DNA from: Lepidodermella squamata
Taxonomy: Eukaryota; Animalia; Gastrotricha
Assembly: GCA_047495785.1 (NCBI GenBank)
Contig: JBLDXI010000009.1
Location: 558,001-622,000 of the forward strand
DNA length: 64,000 bases
Direction of reading: 5' to 3'
The position numbers were made by a program, and so were the translations under genes. A model generated the notes under the pieces. The model was not told where the DNA came from. It ran no database searches and worked only from the letters and a program-made list of their open reading frames with translations. Numbering within the stretch: the stretch's first letter is position 1; each line of letters starts with the position of its first letter. Shown one piece after another: positions 11,141-21,399 of the stretch.

Positions 11141-14100
11141 CTGTAATTCAAAACACGAAAAGGGACATTTAGCATATATTCATCAGTAAACTATCATTTC
11201 TACCACAATTTGTTACGTTGAGAAAAAGATCTCTACCCATCACCCATGCTGGTGCACCCGAAAATGTTACCTGTGTCGATATTGTTAGTTTTGCATTGGA
11301 AGCATGTGATTTTTTTGCGTTAATTGATATAATTGCACTCGTTTACAACATTTAGAGCTTCACTGGAAGCTCATGACGATTTACACGATTAACTTCTTTT
11401 TTTTTATCTGCATTATTATTGTTACAACATCGAAAGACGATGGTTGTGTGTTCTAATGATGTCACGTGGACGTCACTGAGGCGTGCGCCCGGTTACCACC
11501 ACCGAGATTAGCTACAGGTTCAACTTGCCTCCGGCGACGAAGGTAGATAACACAAGATCACCCATTTTCAATGAGTAATGGCATCATCGGAAACCGAAAA
11601 ACCCGCCGATAACAGCAGCAAGAATGACAATGAGCACCGTTACGCAAATGATGATCATTATCTTTTTCTGTAATGAGTCAGCGCAAAAACAACACGTGTC
11701 ATTAAAATAGTGGCGAACGAAAATGGAAATGTGAAAAATGTAAAATCGTTTGGCTACACACATCCAGCTGTTCTAGTATTCAGCCACCTTCTGCTCGCCC
11801 AGTCACGTTTCATCGATGAGGATGAAGGCGCGACGAGTGAACGACTGGATGTTCGCAGCAATTTTTTGAAAAAAAAAATTATAAAACAAAAGACAACACG
11901 GAACAAAGACAAACTTCGATGACTTTCATTATCCTGAATACAGTCAACTTTATCATCACTGATTTTTCTCGTTTTTTTTGTAGATCAACAAAGAGCTTCG
12001 CGATTCCATCAACAAAACTTCGCTCGTTCACCTCAGATATACAAAACGTTACAGAGGCGCGCGTGACACAGATCCGCCGTTTCATTCAAAAAACAGGCTG
12101 CAGACTTCACCAAGAATACTGATTACTATTTTGTTTCCACTATCATCCAGTATATAATATAACTCTGTAAATAGCTTCTTCTGCCAGTTGAAAAAGTGTC
12201 TAGCTTTGACATGGGACAATTTGTTACAAACATTATCACAACACGCATCGTATAACCAAAGGTAACACATGGAAATGCTTGGCCTGGGAAATCGTTTAAG
12301 CAGCGAATAGTAATTAGCTCAAATTAACAGTATGTACAGCGATCACCGAGTGAAATATTAAATTGCGCTGCTTTAGAGCTCAGAACCGATTATATTTTCA
12401 TATTATGTGTAAAAGCGAAAGTTATAGGCAAGCGTGTTCCGCGAAATTTCAAGGTGCATGTGAAAATAAATATTGAGAAAGCATTCATTCTCCTGGTAAT
12501 ATAGCAGATATTACTAAAAGCTCAGCAGTTTTGAGCACCCATTCGGCACTAAATCTACGATAAATCGCCGTGAAAAGTAGAGATTCAGCAGCCAGCTTGG
12601 TATGTACAATAAAATTATATCTGGTAAGTCATGTCGCGCGGCTTTGAAATAGATGGGCACCTGCGTTTAGAGCAAGCGGCACAAATTTACAACATGAACG
12701 GACGACAAAAGCAGCACATTTGGGAAACATTTAAAAGCAATACAACAGTGTCACAACACTGGGAACATGTCATCTACAAGTCGTAGGCTATTGAGTGATT
12801 AGGAGCGCATGCCGTTCAAGGCGACTATTTGAGGGTGTACTTTCCTTTGATGTTTTAAACATTATAAAAATATATTGTTTAGCGCTGATTCTGTTTGCCT
12901 TTGTAGTAGAATATATTTTATAGCTTTGATTGACTGAGTAAAAAACGGGAGATCAGCGACCAGCGGCCACAGTCGTAGAATTGGCCGACGCCCTGACTAT
13001 TGTCGTTGCTGCAGCTGCAACGGTGGTTGTACTTGCTGATGGTGTAGTTGTGATTGGGACTGGAACTGTGACTACAATGGTGACTGTAGATGCTGTCTCC
13101 GAACTGCCTTTATTACACACGCCAGTTTTGCAAACTTCAACGGCTATTACGATTGCAGCGATTATTAGAGCGGCTAGAATGACACTGACTATGATCGACC
13201 AGCATATGCACTTTTTCTACAGGCCAAACAGCGGTTGTGGTAGCAGCAGCAGCAGCAGGTTTGAATTGACATCGAACAACAACGGTGCAAAGACAGAATA
13301 GGAAAAACAAAAACACAAACAACATAAAGCTAAATTATCATTAAAAACTAAAAAAGCGCTAATTCAATTTGAAAATCCCAAAGCCATCGATAATTTCCGA
13401 ATCAATAGAAAATTCCCCATGCATCAATAATCGATTTCCAGTAAACAAATTACTCCCAACCTTATCCACCCTGAAATTAGCGTTAAATAATAGTAAAAGC
13501 AAAAAAATATAACATGCGTAAAATTAGAAAGACAGACATTTATATGACAGACAATTGACAACATGAGCGCATGCAAAAAGCGAAAAGCTGCATCATCGCG
13601 CTGGCACCCATCATGCTCCATTAGTTTTCCCGTACTCGCGCAAATTACTTTTAGCTTATTATCTTATTCGCCGATATGTAAACGAAAATGACAGCGACCG
13701 CCGTGACCAAAACGCCGGCGATGATTATAAGCAAAATCCAGAATTTCTAAACACAGTCTTCTGATTAGCATTATTATCGCGGCAAGATCTTGTTTTGCCA
13801 TTCAACGGGTTTACACGACAAATATCAATATTTATCACAACAAGGAACCTTATGATGTAAAAATGTCGACGGACCTTTCTAGCTTTACTCTGATATTTGA
13901 TGGCTTTTTTAGTATCTTTAACGGCGGTTTCGATATAATCTTGGCTTTTCAAGACGTTGCTTTCGATCTGATCCACGAGTTCCCCCTTAACGCCATTTAA
14001 CCAAACCGCGACGAAACGAAAAAAAAGAAAAATATTAGTTATATGACGAACCTTTCTTGCAGCACTCTGATAACGAAGGGCCTTTTTGGTGTCTTGCACG

Positions 14101-15914
14101 GCCGTGTCAACGTACTCGGCCGATTTTTCGACGTTGAAGTCGATCCGGTCAATCATTTCACCCTAAAACGAGTGCAATTCGAGTGTGGAACGATCAATCA
14201 GCCGTAGATGGAGATGTGCATTGACGGCGACGTCATAGAGATGAAATAAAAACACACAACAGAATTACATGATGCCAAAAGTTTCGGAATTTTGCTTTCT
14301 TTCTACCCGATTCAGTTGAACATGAAAAGTTTGCGTCTATTCAGGCAACAAACAGGCCATGATACAGTGCCAAGGTCTGGTGTGAGATTTCCACGGTCTC
14401 TAAAGCTAATATGTTGCCCTCGTTCTATACAACTGTGAAACAGTTGAGCTAGTAATATGCACTCGATTCATGCAACAGAGCGCGTGTGCCCTAATTAGCA
14501 TCGCCCTACCACGAGCTATCACAACGTTGATAGAGCCCAGGCGAAAGCCCGAGCTCAGTCTAACTATCATCGTGTAACTGCGTGTTTCTTGGCTATCAAT
14601 TGACGACCGGATGCTACAACGCGTGCCCGCCCGGGGAGGACCCTGATTGGGAAGAGAGGGAGGAAAAATGACTGGAGACAAACCTGACTTTCGACTAGCA
14701 TCGCCATATCCATGAACATATCGTGTAGTTCTTGGATAGACTTTTCTAATTTTTTGATATCACCATGTCGAGCCTCAATATCGCGAAGCATTTGCCGGGC
14801 TTGTTGAGTATCCATCAAAATCTATCAGAAAAAGCAATGCCATTTAGAAGCTGCCTTGATATCAATCCAGTTAACTTACGCCTTGGGTGAAGGCCTGAGG
14901 GGTACCTGACTCGATCATGGTTTCAATTTCGTCATCGGTAGTCGATTTCCCAGCTGTAATAAAGAAAATTGTCAAGTTTAGCAAAATGAAGCGTAAAGGA
15001 TATTGGACATCAATTAGGTACAACAAAAAAGGCCCCATAAGGGTCAAGCGCTAACTGTATTCGAGTTGACGTTTAATATTGGCTTTGCAGCGTTCTCTGA
15101 ACTCGCACTGGGCAGTGTTGTAATCGGAAAGCACTTCGCAGAGTAGCCGGTGCATGGTCATATGCTGGGCGGACGATCGAATGGCAGGGCAAAACAAAGT
15201 CACAGACAACAGCAAGGTATGAAAGAAAAAACAAACGATAAATACGATAACAACAAAAATAGGCAAGCAACGTAGTGATAAAATAATATAAATCAACTAA
15301 TGACTAAGACGGTACAACACAAGCTCTGAGGCGTTTAAAACCTACATATTTCCATCTGGCGTTTAATGCGCTCTTTACACCGATCACGGTAGTCTACTTG
15401 AGCCTTATTGTAGTCATTCATCACTTCGATGAACTTGCGCGAGATCGATGAATACTACATTTGGTGATTTGGGGGTTTCATATGAACAGCTTAATAATCA
15501 ATGGCGCAATTCAAGTGTTGGATAATTTACCTGAGTTTTACGAATACGGAAATCTGCGGACATTTTCTGTCCCTCTTCCTCCTTTTCGATGTTTTGCTCC
15601 ATCAGCTTCAATTTTAGCCGAACTTTGTTCGCGTTTTGCTTGATTTCTAGCATAATTTGGTCGAGCTCCTCCTTAACGCGGTCGTCGGTCTGAGGCGCGG
15701 AAAGGATGTCTGAGTGTTTCCGCTTCACCTCCTCGACTTGCTGTGCGATAGTGTCGATCATGCCGCGGATTTGCTTCACTTGCTCGAAGAAGTCTTCCAT
15801 GAAATTTGCGCCACCGCCCGCACCACCATCGTCCATTTGCACGTGGACATCGTCAGCGCCGAGCGCATCCTCTGCCTTGGCGGCAGCTTGTAGCTGTTGC
15901 AGCCTATCACGCAT
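11063..15914 (-). CDS. STX1: Syntaxin-1 with mutually exclusive internal exons and three alternative terminal TM exons
   Basis: Exons 15914-15531, [15454-15346 or 15164-15056], 14953-14880, 14821-14684, [14162-14052 or 13985-13875], [13216-12953 or 11667-11584 or 11140-11063]. All are GT-AG and phase-compatible. N-peptide MRDRL, Habc [14 protein letters not shown] motif [32 protein letters not shown]|GEMIDRI. Confidence 0.95.
11584..11667 (-). CDS. STX1: STX1 terminal exon 6b: canonical short TM anchor
   Basis: TTACAG|[27 protein letters not shown]. Confidence 0.9.
   Translation of the reverse strand, partial: KKIMIIICVTVLIVILAAVIGGFFGFR
12953..13216 (-). CDS. STX1: STX1 terminal exon 6a: TM plus ~60-aa Thr-rich extracellular tail
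   Basis: TAG|[87 protein letters not shown]. Phase 0, begins AAAAAG like 6b/6c. Not in the ORF track. Confidence 0.8.
   Translation of the reverse strand, partial: KKCICWSIIVSVILAALIIAAIVIAVEVCKTGVCNKGSSETASTVTIVVTVPVPITTTPSASTTTVAAAATTIVRASANSTTVAAGR
13875..13985 (-). CDS. STX1: STX1 alternative exon 5b (SNARE C-half), 111 nt
   Basis: AAG|[37 protein letters not shown]|GTCCGT. Confidence 0.88.
14052..14162 (-). CDS. STX1: STX1 alternative exon 5a (SNARE C-half), 111 nt
   Basis: TAG|[37 protein letters not shown]|GTTCGT. Confidence 0.9.
15056..15164 (-). CDS. STX1: STX1 alternative exon 2b (Hc helix), 109 nt
   Basis: CAG|[36 protein letters not shown]|GTTAGC; same length and phases as 2a. 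Confidence 0.88.
15346..15454 (-). CDS. STX1: STX1 alternative exon 2a (Hc helix), 109 nt
   Basis: TAG|[36 protein letters not shown]|GTAGGT. Confidence 0.9.
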
Positions 15915-16208
15915 TTTCAGCTAAAGCTAGAGATTCTATTGGGTGAGTAGGGGCTGCGGTGACGTAAAGATCGGTCCAGCCGAATTGGACGGGACTCGGA
16001 AATGCAGAAACGGGAGGTTGCTGTGAAAACAACTCGACGAGTTTAGGGTCGACAGCTTCGACGAAAACTCATAAAAGCAATCATAAAATACTAAAAAAAT
16101 ACAAATATGGAATGATAAATACGTCTTAATATCTTGAAAATGCGAGCTCCGAAAAAGGCGCAAGCTCGCATTGATGCATAGCAAATAGATGAAACTGCGA
16201 ATTGCAAG

Positions 16209-17570
16209 CTAGAAGGATGCAAAAGTTTGATTCATTGAGCTCTCATTGATCGCGCTGCTTTCAGAGCTGTTCGAAGTTAGGGGATTTAAAATATATTTCC
16301 ACGCAAGCCAAACCGCGATAGCGGTTAGCATGAGCATTAAAGTGACTAAAATGGCCCAACAAATTAATTTCTTCTGTTAGATTTAAAGAAAGAATTAAAA
16401 GAATTAAGCTTCAGAGAATATAAGCACAACCAAACCTTAATTAGCGAATTATGATAACGAGTTGCTTTTCGCAGAGCCTGTAGACCGCTATCCACGAAAT
16501 CAGCTGTCTTGTTCACTTGAGCCTCTATTCGGTCAACCACGTCACCCTTAATACATACATCAACGCAAGTCTATACGTTAGACTTTAGTGTTATCTACCT
16601 GATTTTCTATGAGAATCCTCATGTTTTGGAAAAGATCATGAAGTTCCAAGATAGACTGTTGCAATTTCTCTAGATCTTTGTGTCGCTCTTGGACATCTCG
16701 CAGCATTTGCATGCTTCTTTCTGGGTCGAGTAGCAACTTAACGCAATAAGGGCTGAACAAGAGTGAGACTTACAATTACAACTTACTCCCTTGATAAAAG
16801 GACTAAATCGGCTGGGATTGTCGACCAATTCTTCGATATCGGATTCTGACAAACGTTGACCAGCTGTTGAATCGGTCATAAACAATGTAATGCCAAAACA
16901 ATACAAGGATTTCATCGATGACCAACTTATTTCAAGCTGCCTGACAAATTTTTCCTTAGACTTGATACGATGCGCATCTTGAATTTCGTGATAAGCAACC
17001 ATCACATTGGAAAACGTCCGAGAAAGAGTGATATACTAGAGAAGGAGGAAATCGCTCTATGAACACGCGAGTAAAATTTCGAGATATAGGCAAACCTGTG
17101 CTTCTTTAATCCGGAAATTTGCACACGTCCTGTCCGGTGATTGCTCCATTTCATAGTTCATTTCTAGGAAAGAGCTAGCAAAATAGCCCAACAAAGAAGG
17201 GGAGTTTTACTTTTGAGAGCTCCCAAGACTCTGTTTGACGAATGTCTCATTTCATTCATATGGCTATCGACCTCAGCCGACAAATCTGAGCCAAACATCA
17301 TCGTTAGTGGGCGTTTGATTAGTTAAGGTTCTTACTATTGCTACTATTTGTGTCCACCAGCATGGCAGTTTGCAATTTCTTGATCAAATCGACAAGCTCG
17401 GTCATTCGATCAATTACACGAATCAAGAGCCTGACGTCTTCAAAAAACTCCTCCATGAAGAGCTCCCCCACGTCGACAGTGTAGTTGAATTTTTCCAGGT
17501 CGTCATCACTACGACCTGAATCGTCGCCACGTCTAGCGGCCTCGCGCAACTCATCTGTGCGGTCCCGCAT
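16209..17570 (-). CDS. Syntaxin-1-like paralog b (8 exons), TM plus tail with N-glycosylation sequons
   Basis: Exons 17570-17336, 17285-17211, 17163-17096, 17035-16927 (109 nt), 16863-16787, 16736-16599 (138 nt), 16546-16436 (111 nt), 16373-16209. Motifs MRDRTDEL, FMEEFFEDV, ERHKDLEKLQQSILELHDLF...ENQ|GDVVDRIE. Confidence 0.9.
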
Positions 17571-17729
17571 GCTTCATCGATGTTAAAATGAAGCCGGCTA
17601 AAGATCGGAAAATAATGCGAAAAAATGCTGGAAAACATCGATTCGACTACGAATCAGCATCGCTTTCTCTTGAAAATACAAAAATGATCTTGCAAGCCTT
17701 CCTTAAACTATAATATTATCATGACGCAG

Positions 17730-19082
17730 TCAGCTAGGCGTAGTGAGCGTCGGCGGCATTGCCGTATTGAAAATCGAGTATGGAACTGGTGCGACGGCAG
17801 TGACGTCTCCGGTTTTCCGAAAAATCGGCGTAAGATAATGTAGGGCGGTCAAAACAACGGCACACACCGCCAAGAGAATAAATACAATGAGTATAGCCAG
17901 GCAGCAACAACGCTTCTGTAACAACAACACGGCGGTTAAAAAATCGACTCTCTCTATAAAATTAATCGCCAATCGTCACTTGCTTTGGTGATTCGTCTTT
18001 TGTGGACTTCAGCTTTTGCAGTTTCTTTCGTCGCAGATTCAACCAAATGATCAGCTCTATCGATAAGTGCTTCGATCTACAACAGCAACACTGTTGGCGT
18101 TTAAATGATGCCGATGAAACGTACGTTATCGATTTTTTCTCCAGTGGCCTCAATCAACAACTGGTACTCGATAAATATATCCTTCAAAAGTCGAATATCG
18201 TTCTCTAGCTTAACAAGATCCTCGTGTCGCCTTTGCACAATTTTGAGGATAGACTGCTGATCAGTTTCGAAAAAACCGCCGCTAGATGTTGCAACCTCCA
18301 GAAAATAACGAGGGGCCATGACAGGATCGATTACAACATTGCGACCAGCTATTAGCAAGGCTTAAGAATTCGCCGTAAATCATACATTAGACTCATACTT
18401 TTCAAGAGAACATCGCGATGGGTCCTTTCGGCCGACTTCTTCAAAAACTCGTCCCTCGTGGTATTAAAGTACTCCATGGTATCAGCCGCTGTCCTTTTCA
18501 AGGTGTCAATATGCCACTGGAACATGCCAGCCTCCCGAATACTACCAGTAGAGTCCGCTGTTTGCGCAGATCTCGATGCTAGATTAATAGCCATTAGGAA
18601 GAGATGGTCATAATAATGAGAAGTAAGAAACCCTCTAAGTCCTTGATCTTCGACCACGCTTGAGAAAATAGCTGCGAAATTTCATCGTGGCACCGAGTGA
18701 TCTCATCAAGTGCGACTGTTGGTAACATTTGGGGAAACAATAGCGGGCTAATATAATTAAAGAAACCTTTGGTTGGCGGTGTCTTCATTAGGTAATCATC
18801 CTGGGGGGTTTTCACTCGATCCACCAACGACCGAATGAATTCGAAATCCTGACGAATCGAGCTAACTTGAGACAAAAAAGCGCGGAAAGCATTAGATGAG
18901 CCCAGAAGAGGAGTGCCAGGAGTTGGAAAGACTGTTTCATCATGCGATGAGCTGCTAATTTCCGAAAGGCTCTTCTAAAATGAATTAATTTAAATGAGCA
19001 AGACGTGATTAGATGAACCAACAGCCTGTATGTTTGACTGCCGAGCGGCCTGCAGCTCGATTAGGCGATCTTTAACCACCAT
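17730..19082 (-). CDS. Divergent syntaxin-like paralog c (multi-exon, GC-AG last intron)
   Basis: MVVKDRLIELQ N-peptide; RRHEDLVKLENDIRLLKDIFIEYQLLIEATGEKIDN|IEALIDRA SNARE-like motif; terminal exon KRCCCLAILIVFILLAVCAVVLTAL (17915-17730). Confidence 0.8.
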
Positions 19083-21399
19083 AATTTTAGAAAGCACCAG
19101 CCAAATCACATTACGCTGACATAGCTAACATGAAATCCTACACTTAAGACAAACTTAAGCATGAATGTTAAGTGATTAATAAGAAAATGCGTAGGGTCAG
19201 AGTACGTTGCACTCCAATTACAAAATAACCATAAACCACTCTGGGTGATTAAACAAGACGCCCACCAAAAAGGCGCAAGGTAGAAGAGTCACCGCGAAAA
19301 AACATAAGCTCTTGATATGCATAAATTATTAGGGCTTGTAAACATGATCTCATCAACATAAGCGAGAGATGCCACCTAAATAGTAGTGGGAGCGATATTA
19401 AATTAGGGTAATATATAAGTAAGCAAGTGTGTAGACGTGAATCTACATGATACGCGTTCTGAATGCTGGTGATTAAAGTAGCAGCTATGTTTTTACGACG
19501 GTAGCTGTTCCATCTGCTAAAAAAAATCGTATTAGGTGAGAAATAATTCACGAACTCGACGCATCATCAACTGCAATTATTTCCGAGCAAGTATATAAGA
19601 ATTGAAAATGGCAATTCTCATTTTATATTTTGGGAATTATAAAGTTTAATGAACGTAGTAGACTTTAGCATGAGTGGTTGGGTGAACTGCTGTACGCGAA
19701 TATAAATACGCAAGCCGGTAGAAGAGGTTCCACATTCTCGGCAGCAGCGGCGGCGGCGTCGGCATCAGAACAAGAAAAAACTGAGTCAGCAGAAAAGTCG
19801 AATAAGACGACTACCACACATGGGCACGCGCATACGCACAAACACTGACGGTCACATATGAATAATATAGTGCAGATATAAGCAAACGAATAGACCATAC
19901 ACATGCATGCACACACATAATAACATATTATAAAACATCAATACATGCATGCATCTAGCCCTACATATTCAAACGAGAAGCCGGAAGAGGGAAGGCTATG
20001 GTCGATAGCATGCGCACACGAATGTGATGTCAGACACTGCGTGGCGAATATCGAATATATATATACATATATATATATTATGGCAAAGCAACGCGCAGCA
20101 TAGAATAACAGAAACGAATATTGCAAAAGGAGACACACAAGACTTTTACAAGCAACGGCCTGCGCTTGACAATATAATGCGACAGCGACCGGCGAACGAT
20201 CGATAATGCCGCTCATGCGGATCGATAGTTGCTTTCGGTCGTGAGCATAACTCATATTCGCATAACGGCACGAAGTATTCACATTGCGTGAGTGAAATGT
20301 AATACATAATACGGCATAAATTTGAATATTTCAGCTGAATAAGAACAATTAGAAAATAACAATTCAATATAATAACTTGCCGAGGATCGCGAGGACAGCA
20401 TTTAATAAAGCCCGCAAAAAATAGTTGTCATCGTTAACTTGAGCACCTCTAATTGAAGTGGTTTCGAATCACCGCCCGCAGTTATCCGACCAATCACGAC
20501 TCAATGCTACAATCACACTCCAAAAGTGTACAATTATCAAATATCAAAAATATTGTAGAATAATTTAGTTAGCTCACTCTTATCTTTCCTAAAAACAAGG
20601 TTCAAATATCTGACCAGCGTGAACAAAACAAATCACGTCTAAGAAGCTCATGGTGACCCTATCGAGTCGCATTGTTAAATGCCACGCATTATCTCTCGCT
20701 TGGACACCCGAAAATGCCAAAAATCTGACTGAATCGTAGTCGAAAATATCATGGTCCATAAAAACAACAATAACTTGCCTCATATAAATATTTAGCGTAA
20801 CGGCTATTATCAATCAATAGCTATTTGCACGACAAAGCTTTACGTAAATATAATGTTAAATTCAACATCCAACGAACAACGAATAGGAAAGAGCGCAGAT
20901 TCCTTCTAATGGGTTTCATTAATTCACTGTTATGGCTACGCATTATAAGTCACTTGGTTTAGGCTTGACTTAGACAGACAGTATGTTATCTTTTTTAAGG
21001 TAAAGCGCCGGATAGTTCGGGAAGGGAAGTTGTAATTTTTACTGAAGTACAGCATGCGTCTGATCCTATATAACGCAAGGACCAGTCCGAAAATCAGGTA
21101 CCACGCATCTTCAGCGTTAAATGTTGGATTGGGCTAAAAAACCGTCTTCAAATCGTCTCAACTTGACAAACTAAATGGAGTTTTTAAATGAGAACAAGAG
21201 CGGCATACTTAATTCTTCCTGTAGATATCAATCAAACATTAGGTTTATCAGAGCCACCAACCACCAATTACAATTGACAATAAATAAGTAACTTGATGTA
21301 TGGTGGATTAACATAATTGACGTTTATATCATAGTCATGTACATGTTGCTTCGAAAGAATAGTTGAACAGAGAACAGTGAAATTGGATATCTTTCATTA

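Noticed and set aside
11879-12085. Possible fourth syntaxin TM exon (KKREK...[11 protein letters not shown])
   Set aside because: No in-frame AG acceptor; the nearby AG leads to an immediate stop.
12981-13301. 106-aa Val/Thr-rich + strand ORF
   Set aside because: Antisense shadow of syntaxin terminal exon 6a.
13725-14156. Single ORF apparently encoding a tandem SNARE repeat
   Set aside because: It reads through an in-frame 66-nt intron between alternative exons 5a and 5b.
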